Notes under the pieces: model-generated
What the model saw: only the letters and a program-made list of their open reading frames with translations
Database searches by the model: none
Told to the model about the DNA's origin: nothing
Shown: positions 1 through 7,956 of the stretch, one piece after another
Layout: the number at the start of each line of letters is the position of its first letter
Position numbering within the stretch: position 1 is the stretch's first letter
IMG/VR virus record: IMGVR_UViG_3300007152_000001
Location: 1 to 33,698 of that record
Origin: a virus
DNA length: 33,698 nt
Direction: 5' to 3' (one strand)
Translations under genes and position numbers: made by a program

Positions 1-99
1 CAGCATGACGTATATTTCACCGTCATCTAGTGCGTCCACCTCGGCAATGCCTGACTGCATACCGTTGAAATTGTCTTTGTCGTATACTAGGACGTGACA
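1..99. repeat. 99-bp terminal direct repeat, identical to 33600-33698 (circular-assembly overlap or terminal redundancy)
   Basis: Direct comparison: cagcatgacgtatatttcacc...gtatactaggacgtgaca occurs at both window ends. Confidence 0.95.
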
Positions 100-138
100 G
101 CGTTCAATCTCTTCAACCTCTGTCAGATAATCGCTCAC
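1..138 (-). CDS. Hypothetical 65-aa protein, N-terminal part; the gene crosses the circular junction and continues at 33599 down to 33540
   Basis: GTG start at 136-138 overlaps the TGA of the upstream gene (GTGA). The frame stays open to base 1 and is in frame with the C-terminal part at the other window end. Joined product: VSDYLTEVEEIERCHVLVYDKDNFNGMQSGIAEVDALDDGEIYVMLEDGTHKPFKRELVNPCFDC. Confidence 0.5.
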   Translation of the reverse strand, partial: MSDYLTEVEEIERCHVLVYDKDNFNGMQSGIAEVDALDDGEIYVML

Positions 139-1013
139 AGTTCACCAACCCATCTGTCATTTTTATCCAGCTTCATTATGACAGGGAAAAATCTGCCGTC
201 CCTAATCATTCCACATCCAAGCATAGGCGGCTTGTTGGTGTATCTGAAAGCGTGCGCCTTTCTGTCAATTAACGAACCGCTGAAAGCCATCCAAGCAACA
301 TGCTGACCCATAGGAACATCTGTCGAGCCTATAAGCGTGTGATGGTGTCCGAGGCAAAGGTTGTAAGGCTTGGCATCTGTAAACAAATTGAAGTGGTTAA
401 TCTTTTCTAAATTCACTTTTGCGCTTTTACCGTCAGCGTGCCCATGTCTGCAAACAGTACCTTGCGTGATGTACTCATCCACCCACTTCCACCCTTCGGG
501 TGCGCCAATAATCTCCTCAAGACTTCTTAGAAAATGAGTTGGCAACTTTGCGCTCTTGCGCTTTCTGTCCAATCGACCTTTTACATGGTTTGAGTGAACG
601 CCAACACCTTTCGGAAACTCCTTAAATAAAGACTGCCAAAAAGCCCTTGCCTTGTAATATTCACCTTCGGGGTTGTCAAAGTCAGGGTCTGTCCCATAAT
701 CACTTAGCCAGTAAAAATCAAATTCGTCACCAATGCAGACAACTTCATCAGGCAAAAACTCGTCCCTAACCGATTTTAAGAAGTGCAAAGCATCTTCATG
801 GTGGAATGGGGCTTGAAGGTCGGGTATAATCAGTGTGGTCATGGTGGACTTTTGCTTAATCTTCCTGTTGTATTCACCGTTTCGGCTTGACCGACAGTTT
901 TTGCATTCTGTCCTGTAACCGTCTTTTGCCTCCTTGCGCTTGGAAAATTCGCTGTATTTTTTCCACTCTCCGCAAAGTCTGCACTCTTTGCCGTCTTTAC
1001 CGCTAAACAACAT
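135..1013 (-). CDS. Calcineurin-like metallophosphoesterase with an N-terminal CxxC...CxxC zinc-ribbon
   Basis: Ordered phosphoesterase motifs: IPDLQAPFHH, IGDEFD, HSNH, RHGH, GHHH. The N-terminus has CRLC...CKNC. AAGGAG RBS upstream of the ATG at 1013. Confidence 0.8.
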   Translation of the reverse strand: MLFSGKDGKECRLCGEWKKYSEFSKRKEAKDGYRTECKNCRSSRNGEYNRKIKQKSTMTTLIIPDLQAPFHHEDALHFLKSVRDEFLPDEVVCIGDEFDFYWLSDYGTDPDFDNPEGEYYKARAFWQSLFKEFPKGVGVHSNHVKGRLDRKRKSAKLPTHFLRSLEEIIGAPEGWKWVDEYITQGTVCRHGHADGKSAKVNLEKINHFNLFTDAKPYNLCLGHHHTLIGSTDVPMGQHVAWMAFSGSLIDRKAHAFRYTNKPPMLGCGMIRDGRFFPVIMKLDKNDRWVGEL

Positions 1014-1021
1014 TTCAATAA

Positions 1022-1049
1022 CTCCTTATTTTTCTTAATTATACCCCAA
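1022..1049 (-). promoter_or_regulatory. Putative promoter -10 (TATAAT, complement of 1038-1043) plus RBS (AAGGAG, complement of 1022-1027) for the phosphoesterase cassette
   Basis: A perfect TATAAT lies just downstream of the lysis-cassette terminator. The -35 is weak (TTGCCC). Confidence 0.35.
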
Positions 1050-1076
1050 AAGAAGAAGGGGGCAAAAATCGCCCCC
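1050..1076 (-). terminator. Rho-independent terminator after the holin-like gene
   Basis: Minus strand reads GGGGGC-gattttt-GCCCCC (1058-1076) followed by TTCTTCTTTT. Confidence 0.7.
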
Positions 1077-1082
1077 TTTCGT

Positions 1083-1280
1083 TTAGTCTTTGTTCTTAGC
1101 TTTAAGCACGTTCGCCCCAAGCAAGTTAATCAGCCAATGCAATTTCTTACCGTACTGGCTTTGTGGCTTGGTAAAAACTGACGCAACCAATGCAAAACCG
1201 CCAACGGTTGTCAGCACAGGCGATGCAACGCTATCAATCACCAATGGCAAAAAGCTTGTTACTGTGTTCCAAATATCCAT
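1083..1280 (-). CDS. Holin-like small membrane protein (65 aa)
   Basis: The internal ATG at 1280 has a strong AAGGAGA RBS. Hydrophobic core (FLPLVIDSVASPVLTTVGGFALVASVF) and charged C-terminus KAKNKD. Sits immediately after the endolysin. Confidence 0.5.
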   Translation of the reverse strand: MDIWNTVTSFLPLVIDSVASPVLTTVGGFALVASVFTKPQSQYGKKLHWLINLLGANVLKAKNKD

Positions 1281-1299
1281 AGGTCTTCTCCTTAGATTG

Positions 1300-1665
1300 T
1301 TAATATTGCCACATCGCCAAGTCGCCATCACGGCAATCAACGTGGACAAACTTCCTCTTTATATTATACGCTATACCACGAAAACCCAAATCATACGCCT
1401 TGGACATAATGCGCATTGCTGTGTCATGGTCGGGTACGCTAAAATCCATTGCTATGCCTTTTGTATGCGTTGAATTTCCGCTTCTTCCTTTGGTCTTGTC
1501 AAAATCAACAGTTCTAAATGCGCAGGTCGGGTGCAATGGGAAGCCAAGCTGGTGACGCAGTTCATCAAACTTTATAAGAGCCTTGACGCTCATTCTGTCA
1601 AAACCGTCCTCACAGCCAAAAGAAACAAAGTTTATTTCATCTTTGGTGAAGTATCTTAGCTTCAT
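1300..1665 (-). CDS. Endolysin, peptidase M15 family (zinc D-Ala-D-Ala / L-Ala-D-Glu peptidase fold)
   Basis: SGNSTHTKGIAMDF ... FVHVD metal-ligand pattern typical of M15 peptidases. The ATG at 1665 overlaps the upstream stop (ATGA). Confidence 0.85.
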   Translation of the reverse strand: MKLRYFTKDEINFVSFGCEDGFDRMSVKALIKFDELRHQLGFPLHPTCAFRTVDFDKTKGRSGNSTHTKGIAMDFSVPDHDTAMRIMSKAYDLGFRGIAYNIKRKFVHVDCRDGDLAMWQY

Positions 1666-2186
1666 TGGAAAGCCCCCATAAATGCCGCCACGCACGCACC
1701 AAGTATACCAGCAAGGGCTATCAACCCCTTACCATTCGATATCAATGTGTCCATGACCGTTTTTGTCTGTTTCAGGTGGGATATATCCGACAGTGATTGT
1801 GCTGGCTTTCCACTCTCGTCCAGCATTATCCTCGACAGGAAGAACTTGAACGGCTGGTCGCCTGTCGGCACTCTCGTTACCAGCAACACCACCTTCACTT
1901 CCCTGCCCCCCTCGAATAGGTACGACTTTTTCAGCAAGTAAAAGTCTATCTTGCCATCTCTCACCAGCTTTGCGTTGCGCTCGTCTATTTTCTTGCTGTC
2001 GGGGTGTGTAATGTCCTGAAATCTGTTTTCCAGCAAATCCGCTGGGGTAACACCCAAAATCTTGCAAAATTGGGGATTGACAGAACGAAACGTGAAATCC
2101 GAGTTCACTATGGCGACCCCAGCAAAGGAAGGATGCCAGCCACTTTGCCAAGCCAGTACCCTTTCTTCCGCTGTTAATCCGTCCAC
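1662..2186 (-). CDS. PAS-domain protein with a C-terminal transmembrane anchor
   Basis: PAS signature GVAIVNSDFTFRSVNPQFCKILGVTPADLLENRFQDITHPDS...DGKI...GGREVKVVLLVTRV. C-terminal hydrophobic helix GLIALAGILGACVAAFMGAF. GTG start. Stop overlaps the endolysin start. Confidence 0.75.
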   Translation of the reverse strand: MDGLTAEERVLAWQSGWHPSFAGVAIVNSDFTFRSVNPQFCKILGVTPADLLENRFQDITHPDSKKIDERNAKLVRDGKIDFYLLKKSYLFEGGREVKVVLLVTRVPTGDQPFKFFLSRIMLDESGKPAQSLSDISHLKQTKTVMDTLISNGKGLIALAGILGACVAAFMGAFQ

Positions 2187-2237
2187 TTTTCATCTCTCGC
2201 TCTTACTTAATGTGCCTATCACTATGGATATATAATA

Positions 2238-2265
2238 ATAGTACACCAGTTATTCACTATTTCAA
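2238..2265 (-). promoter_or_regulatory. Candidate sigma70-type promoter for the lysis cassette (TTGAAA-16-TACTAT)
   Basis: Hexamers read on the minus strand. The -35 overlaps the end of the upstream ORF. Confidence 0.3.
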
Positions 2266-2667
2266 AACGTCAGGGACAAATTCAGCCAACGCCTCGACAG
2301 TTTCAGGAAGCTCTACCGTTTCAGGGAGGTCACGCAAAACTTGCTTTTCAGCTTGAACGTCTACGCCCTTCATGGTTTCAATGTCCAACTCCGCAAGCTT
2401 TTCATCACGCTTGGCACGAATTTCAGCCATTTTAATGTCGCATGCCTTGGCATAGTCAACGTCCACCGTTTCAGTTGGTAGGTCGTCCGTCCACGCATCT
2501 CGGAACGTGCGGTCACAAGGTAGCTGGTCAGCGTCAATAATTCGCCACTCTAGTCCGCTTGGTACGTCTTTTTCTGCCAACTCTTCTAAAGTGCCTTGCC
2601 ACTTTGGTGATGGAATAATCACGCCAACACCACCGTCTAGCTTTTTAAATACAATTCTCTTGTCCAT
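2257..2667 (-). CDS. Hypothetical protein (136 aa); possible fibre assembly or accessory protein, by position only
   Basis: TAATG coupling to the fibre gene. Acidic, helical C-terminal half. Confidence 0.4.
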   Translation of the reverse strand: MDKRIVFKKLDGGVGVIIPSPKWQGTLEELAEKDVPSGLEWRIIDADQLPCDRTFRDAWTDDLPTETVDVDYAKACDIKMAEIRAKRDEKLAELDIETMKGVDVQAEKQVLRDLPETVELPETVEALAEFVPDVLK

Positions 2668-3701
2668 TATGCTAATTCTCCCATTGTCATTGCCGTAACA
2701 AATTCGTGGTCTAACGCCCCACCGTTTGAGGAGTTGCTTGTCCTAATTCTTGTTGAGGTGTTCTGCATCGCACCAACCGCCCTGCTAATTGCGAACAGAG
2801 CGGCGTTTGTCGTAACCCCATCGTCAGCGAGTGCGCATGCACCTGAAATCGCATAATCGTTGTTGGCAAATGTCACGGAATAGTTAATCGTATACTCACC
2901 TGTGCCGTTGTCTGTTATAGAGGACACGTTGTAGCTGTCACGAATTGCAACCGTACCAACGCCATTGAAATTGACCCAAGCCTTGCAAACGCCGTTATGC
3001 TCAATCATATTGGCTGGAGTAGCAACCAAGCTTGCGCCTGTGCCACCTGTGGCTGTTTCTGCTTTAACCTCTGCGTCTGTTGCCAACTCCACAACACCTG
3101 CAACCGTTTCGGTGGCATTTGCAACCGCCGCTGGCGCAACAAATAAACCACCGTCAGAACCAGCTACAATTGCATTGCTTCCGTCTGTTGAAATCGAACT
3201 TGACGCATCAACTTTCAAAGCGTTGTCTGTACCCTCAACAATGAAGTTGCCAGCGTCAGCACTAATAAAGTCACTTGCATCAGCCTTTATCTTGCCTGAA
3301 ACCTCTGTCAAAAGGTTGTCAGCATCACCGCTGTTAATGTCAGAAACTTGCACCGCAAGCTTTTCATCTGCGCCTTTGGTTAAAGTGTTGTTTGCATCTG
3401 CTGAAATCAGATTATCCGCATCAACCTTTAGCTTGTTGGCAGATACTTGCATAAGGTTGTCGGCATCACCGCTGTTAACCGTATCAGCATCAACCTTTAA
3501 AAGACTGTCTGTTCCTTGTTCTAGCAAGTTATCAGCATCAGCGGAAATCAACTCACCACTCAAACTGCCCTTATCAACACCGCTTGCGATATTTTCAGCT
3601 TTAACTTTTCTTGAAACCCCAGCGGAAATGTCAGAAACCAACAGCTCATCTGTTGCGTCTAACGTGACCTTTTCGGGCAAACTTGGTACTGCTCTTGTCA
3701 T
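2667..3701 (-). CDS. Tail fibre protein
   Basis: At least seven [SG]-[AG]-D-A-x-N-[LF] fibre repeats. ATETVAGVVELATDAEV...LVATP motif. C-terminal KAWVNFNG...NVSSITDNGTGEYTINY tip domain. Confidence 0.8.
   Translation of the reverse strand: MTRAVPSLPEKVTLDATDELLVSDISAGVSRKVKAENIASGVDKGSLSGELISADADNLLEQGTDSLLKVDADTVNSGDADNLMQVSANKLKVDADNLISADANNTLTKGADEKLAVQVSDINSGDADNLLTEVSGKIKADASDFISADAGNFIVEGTDNALKVDASSSISTDGSNAIVAGSDGGLFVAPAAVANATETVAGVVELATDAEVKAETATGGTGASLVATPANMIEHNGVCKAWVNFNGVGTVAIRDSYNVSSITDNGTGEYTINYSVTFANNDYAISGACALADDGVTTNAALFAISRAVGAMQNTSTRIRTSNSSNGGALDHEFVTAMTMGELA
3138..3548 (-). repeat. Intragenic tandem peptide repeats of the tail fibre
   Basis: Repeated DADNL/DAGNF units. 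A 26-nt near-identical DNA copy, aaggttgtc[a/g]gcatcaccgctgttaa, occurs at 3312-3337 and 3453-3478. Confidence 0.7.
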
Positions 3702-3733
3702 GTTTAACCTCTCATTTTAGTATATTGTATCAC

Positions 3734-4942
3734 TTAACTGGCTCTTTTGGTAACTGACGTTAAGCCACCGTTCACGACTGTAATATTTGACGTGTCGGTG
3801 TTGTTCTCAACCCATACCTCAATTAAGTCGTTTTGGTTAACGGTGAAGTAACCAAAGAACGGCACGCCCTCAGCCCTGTTTCCTGCTCCACCACCGTTTA
3901 AAGTGGCTTGCGTTTTTGGTGCGTCAACGTATAGAGCCTCGCTGTCGTCATAATGCCTGAAAAAGATGCTTGCTTGGTCGTTGTTGCCACCCGACATGGA
4001 CACAACACCCTTGCACTCAACCTCGATTGTCTGCGTCCCTGTGTACCTGTAAGTATTGTTGCCAACCGCCTCGAACCATTGCATGTCCACATAGGTCGTA
4101 GTGCCAGCCACCTTCACAGGTGTATTGGCAGATGTAATTGTCGTGGTCGCCTGTGATGTGATACTCCATTGTCCACCAATGTATGTGTCTTTAATGCCGT
4201 CACAGTTCCTGAACCTTGCATAGTCGCTTGAACTGGCGATGTTAGGAATGGCGTTTGTCGCAGTCGTCCGCACGTTGTTCAAGCTGAATGCGCCCTTGTT
4301 TAGGAAGTTGGCTTCCTGAAAGTCTGCCAGCACGCTTGCGGAGTTCACGCTTAAAAAGTTAATGTTTGAACGCACAGAACCGCTAAACGTGAGGCTCGTA
4401 CCTTCTTTTAAAAGCGTCATGGCTGTGGTTGGGTTAATCACGTTACTATCTTGAACCACAAAGCCACTCCATGCGCCTGACAGGGTTAAACCATCATCGA
4501 CAAAGTAAAAACCGCAACCACTCATAAAGCCTTGTCGGTAGTTGTTGACCTCACCCAAGGAAGTTACACCATCACCAGCACCGAAACCACCAAAGTTCAT
4601 ATTTTGAAACTCAAAAGAAGCGTTGCCGCCGTTCGTAATGTCAAACAGTTTTGAATTTGTACCAGTTGTGCAAAGGCTCATTTCCGTCATATAGACGTTG
4701 CCAGCAGGGTTGCCTGTAAACATGGTGTGATTGTCTTCTGTTGAAAACAGCTTTGCGACTTCCCTTGCACCGTTTGCGCCTGAAATATTTAAATCTGTAT
4801 TGGTTAGGTCGATTGACATGTTTCCCATATCAACAGCGCCGTCAATAATGTATAAAATGTCGCTTTGTGGGCTAGCTAATTGCTCGGCACTCCTGACAAC
4901 AACAGCCTTTAGCAATTGGGGTCTTTTAATCATTCCACTCAT
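3734..4942 (-). CDS. Tail-associated receptor-binding or spike-like protein (beta-helix-like N-terminal part, separate C-terminal domain)
   Basis: Periodic G/N/S/T-rich strands (NISGANG, FEFQNMNFGGFG, LTLSGAWSGFVV, LTFSGSVRSNINF). Lies between head genes and the fibre. ATGA coupling. Confidence 0.5.
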   Translation of the reverse strand: MSGMIKRPQLLKAVVVRSAEQLASPQSDILYIIDGAVDMGNMSIDLTNTDLNISGANGAREVAKLFSTEDNHTMFTGNPAGNVYMTEMSLCTTGTNSKLFDITNGGNASFEFQNMNFGGFGAGDGVTSLGEVNNYRQGFMSGCGFYFVDDGLTLSGAWSGFVVQDSNVINPTTAMTLLKEGTSLTFSGSVRSNINFLSVNSASVLADFQEANFLNKGAFSLNNVRTTATNAIPNIASSSDYARFRNCDGIKDTYIGGQWSITSQATTTITSANTPVKVAGTTTYVDMQWFEAVGNNTYRYTGTQTIEVECKGVVSMSGGNNDQASIFFRHYDDSEALYVDAPKTQATLNGGGAGNRAEGVPFFGYFTVNQNDLIEVWVENNTDTSNITVVNGGLTSVTKRAS

Positions 4943-5259
4943 GATATAGCACCCAAACCTGTCCCAGCGATACCGCTTAAAATAATCTCGGTAGTTGTTC
5001 CGCTGTTTTGAGTTAATGCGATATAGTTACAAACAGTCGAAACTTCATTTTTACCAGCCAACCCTGTGTCCTCTGCGTTCAACGTCATTTCCGCAAGGTT
5101 TGTCGGCTGTGTAGCACTATCTGAACCGTGCAAATTAACTGAACCGTCCTTAACCCAAAGCGAGGCGGCTAAATCTCTTTGAATGTCGCTTTCTGAAAGT
5201 GCGTCAACTTTGTATAGGGTATTTAAGGTGAGTGTCTGCTGGTTGTGGTCTAGTGCCAT
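4939..5259 (-). CDS. Hypothetical structural-region protein (106 aa)
   Basis: ORF with an AAGGA RBS. Its stop overlaps the next start (ATGA). Confidence 0.5.
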   Translation of the reverse strand: MALDHNQQTLTLNTLYKVDALSESDIQRDLAASLWVKDGSVNLHGSDSATQPTNLAEMTLNAEDTGLAGKNEVSTVCNYIALTQNSGTTTEIILSGIAGTGLGAIS

Positions 5260-5302
5260 GATAAAATCCTTTATATAAGAGGGGCTTTTACACCCCTTTT
5301 AA

Positions 5303-5443
5303 TTACTTCGCTTTAGGCTCTTTTACTTCAACCGCTTCTACAACGATTTCAGGTTTGCCGTGGCGCAATGTTTCGCCTTTTTTGGCTGGAACTTCCAAGC
5401 CGATAGTGCGCTTTGTTTTTTCTTTTCCGATAATCTTAGCCAT
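5303..5443 (-). CDS. Small Lys-rich protein (46 aa), below the ORF-track cutoff
   Basis: ATG at 5441-5443 preceded by AAGGAGA at 7-nt spacing. Product: MAKIIGKEKTKRTIGLEVPAKKGETLRHGKPEIVVEAVEVKEPKAK. Confidence 0.45.
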   Translation of the reverse strand: MAKIIGKEKTKRTIGLEVPAKKGETLRHGKPEIVVEAVEVKEPKAK

Positions 5444-5461
5444 TTTTAAATCTCCTTAATT

Positions 5462-5492
5462 AAAAAAAATGGGGTGGCGGTTAAACCACCCC
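5462..5492 (-). terminator. Rho-independent terminator directly after the major capsid gene
   Basis: Minus strand reads GGGGTGG-tttaaccg-CCACCCC (5471-5492) followed by an 8-T run. Confidence 0.8.
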
Positions 5493-5500
5493 GAACACCA

Positions 5501-6406
5501 TTAAGATGTTTTGTGGTGAACGTAAATGCCATCTGTCTTGTTCGCAGGAACAAAGATGTCGTGGTAAATACGGTACTTCATAATCCAACCGTCTGCTGTT
5601 TGGTTATCATCAGGGTTGATTACGTTAGATGGGTTGTGCTTAACAACTGGCAACGCCGCATTTCGTGCAACGATTAGGAAGTTAAGGTCACGACCTGTGG
5701 TTGGCGTTTTAACATATCCACCGTTTTCCTGACCGCCAGTTGTGCCGTCATTCAAGTCGATAGAAGTGTAAAAACGTGATTGTGGAACTTCAACAATCTG
5801 CAAGCCCTTGTAAGAGCCGACAATGCGACCGTCACGAGGTGAAGCAACTTCTGCGTTTACGTTGTAAGTAAACTGTGAAGAACCTTCAATTGCGTTCAGG
5901 ATTGTTGGGGTAACGAACAAGAAACCACCTTCCAATGGCACTTCGTTTTCCTTCATTGAAACAATCGCTGTATCAACTGCGGTTTTAGCTGTACCACTTG
6001 TAAGGTCAGCAGATACAGTTGTACCACCCAAGCCAGCAAGTGTCGCAAAACGGTAAGCGTCAATTTCAGCAGTCACGTCAACACGCATGAACTCACGCAT
6101 AGAAGCACCAAGGGACTGACCCAAAGTTTCATCGTTGTCCATTGCGTCAAGCACAAAACGGCGTCCACGGTCTTCACTTAGAGTGTGAGTTTCCCATGTC
6201 ACAGTAATGTCACCATCAACGTAACCATTGTTTCGAGAGTAATCGCCCAAGCCTTGTGTAGCGATTGACATAATTTTTACAGCGTTTGCACCGTCAAAGT
6301 TACGGACAAAGTCAGGGCTTTCAAGAACAGCAGATGTGCTTTCCTTAGCGTAAACTTCGTCAATAATTGGTAGGTACTTATCCGCCAAAGCAATAGAGTT
6401 TGCCAT
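5501..6406 (-). CDS. Major capsid protein
   Basis: 301 aa, directly after the scaffold gene and followed by a strong terminator. The N-terminus MANSIALADKYLPIIDEVYAKES resembles capsid proteins of SPP1-portal/MuF-type phages. Confidence 0.75.
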   Translation of the reverse strand: MANSIALADKYLPIIDEVYAKESTSAVLESPDFVRNFDGANAVKIMSIATQGLGDYSRNNGYVDGDITVTWETHTLSEDRGRRFVLDAMDNDETLGQSLGASMREFMRVDVTAEIDAYRFATLAGLGGTTVSADLTSGTAKTAVDTAIVSMKENEVPLEGGFLFVTPTILNAIEGSSQFTYNVNAEVASPRDGRIVGSYKGLQIVEVPQSRFYTSIDLNDGTTGGQENGGYVKTPTTGRDLNFLIVARNAALPVVKHNPSNVINPDDNQTADGWIMKYRIYHDIFVPANKTDGIYVHHKTS

Positions 6407-6422
6407 GATATATATTCCTTAT

Positions 6423-6962
6423 TTAAACACCTGAACCCTTGCGCATTGACGCAATGAATGGGTCTTCGGTGATGTTTTTGTCTGTGTCAGGAACAGTTTT
6501 TGTAGCTTCGTTCAGCATCTTTTGCTTCAACTCCTCAACGGAAGATGTAGCCGCCCTTTCTGTCTGTGACAAAATAAGCTGTTTAAGTGCTGACGCTTGC
6601 TCCTCTGCCGTCCCAGCTTTCAATATCTTGTTAGCCTCTTCAACAGAAACACCTAAAGCCGACAACTCACGAGAAAAAACCTGCTCACGGCGCATATCCT
6701 CAACCTCTCGGCGGTAATGCTCCATTTGTTCTTCCGTGGTCTTCTGTGCCAACTTCTCCGCCTCTCGCTGTTGCTCAATCTCTTTAAGGCGTTTGTCAGC
6801 CTTTAAAAGTTCAGCAATCTTCTTGTCACGAGTTGCAATCTCTTGTTTCCATTTTTCAGCTTCTGTGTTTGCGTTATCGCCCCCACCTTGACTGGTCTGC
6901 GTTTCAACTTCGCTGTTTACGTTTTCAACGTCCCCAGCAGTCGCCCCGTTTTCTGTCGTCAT
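6423..6962 (-). CDS. Scaffolding protein
   Basis: Acidic and helical with E/K/Q-rich coiled-coil sequence. Lies between the MuF-like and capsid genes. Confidence 0.7.
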   Translation of the reverse strand: MTTENGATAGDVENVNSEVETQTSQGGGDNANTEAEKWKQEIATRDKKIAELLKADKRLKEIEQQREAEKLAQKTTEEQMEHYRREVEDMRREQVFSRELSALGVSVEEANKILKAGTAEEQASALKQLILSQTERAATSSVEELKQKMLNEATKTVPDTDKNITEDPFIASMRKGSGV

Positions 6963-7023
6963 ATGTTATATCTCCTTTTAAAATAACTGACTATATTATC
7001 ACTTGTTTTGTGTTTTGTGTCAA

Positions 7024-7956
7024 TTACAGGGAGCGTTCATAGCCTTGGATTGTTTTGTACACTTTGTCGCCACGCTTTAGGTCGTCCAAAAACACCGTTA
7101 TGGTACTCTCACGGTCATTCGCTGTCCACCTTACTGGCGCTTCACCATGCAAATAATAAAAGCCGTTCGGGTACTTAAACTTGCCGTCTTCCCTTGATAG
7201 CTGTCCGTTCATCTCAACTGACTGCTCACGAGTTCGGCTGTCAATAACTGACACCATCTGCAAGCGTGCATCTTCACCGCCTTGCACAAGTTCACGGAAT
7301 TGGTTGTTTGACTGTATGGAAGACATGCGCATTGTTTCAGTTCTTGCTATACGGTAAAAATCATAGAAATGACCGTTGGTGTGCGAAAATTTACCGCTTT
7401 TTAGCAAACGCTTGCCCTTGTCCGTCATTCTCATGCCATCACGGCTTCGCAATCCCAGCGTTATTTCAATCTGTCGTGTTGTTCTGTTGATTGATAAACC
7501 TGCTTCGTTGGACTGCTTGATAACCTTTGTAATGTCCTTTGCCATCTTACGACTTCTGAATGTGATGCTCCTGTCGCTTAGAATGCGCCTTGTAATAGCG
7601 AACTCGTCACGCCTTGGCAATTCAGTATAAAACGGAAACGGCTCAATTTCAGGCTCTGCGCCTAAAGTGTTTACAACTAAAAACCTTTGCTCAATAGATG
7701 AACGGTTGAGGCTGTCTATGATGTCCTGCTTGTACTTTCGCAATAAATCTGCATAGTCGCCACCGACCTTAATGGCAACACGACCAAGCATCTGCTCTTG
7801 ACGTGTGGGTGATGCCCTGTAAATAGATGGAATAAGTTGTCTTAGATAGTTATTGATTGACGCTATAACAGAAAAGGCTTGTGCATTCATATCGCCAATG
7901 CGCTTAGCCTCTGCCTGCTTTACAAGTTGTTGCCAATTCTTTTGCGGTCTAATCAT
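7024..7956 (-). CDS. Head morphogenesis protein (Mu F / SPP1 gp7-like)
   Basis: YRIARTETMRM motif and a position immediately after the portal gene. Confidence 0.8.
   Translation of the reverse strand: MIRPQKNWQQLVKQAEAKRIGDMNAQAFSVIASINNYLRQLIPSIYRASPTRQEQMLGRVAIKVGGDYADLLRKYKQDIIDSLNRSSIEQRFLVVNTLGAEPEIEPFPFYTELPRRDEFAITRRILSDRSITFRSRKMAKDITKVIKQSNEAGLSINRTTRQIEITLGLRSRDGMRMTDKGKRLLKSGKFSHTNGHFYDFYRIARTETMRMSSIQSNNQFRELVQGGEDARLQMVSVIDSRTREQSVEMNGQLSREDGKFKYPNGFYYLHGEAPVRWTANDRESTITVFLDDLKRGDKVYKTIQGYERSL

Noticed and set aside
1729-2193. Alternative minus-strand frame (154 aa) overlapping the PAS gene; also the 93-aa ORF at 839-1120
   Set aside because: The Arg/Gly-rich, non-protein-like translations sit fully inside or across better-supported genes and a terminator. 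The PAS frame and the phosphoesterase frame have clear domain signatures.
2965-3720. Long plus-strand ORFs in the track: 2965-3720, 13448-14392, 14450-15040, 9713-10105, 15321-15668, 20825-21214, 24167-24496, 28447-28794, 31225-31599 and others
   Set aside because: Each lies antisense to a well-supported minus-strand gene. They lack Shine-Dalgarno sequences and translate to Ser/Ala/Leu/Pro-rich low-complexity strings typical of shadow frames. No plus-strand ORF fills a gap left by the minus-strand genes.
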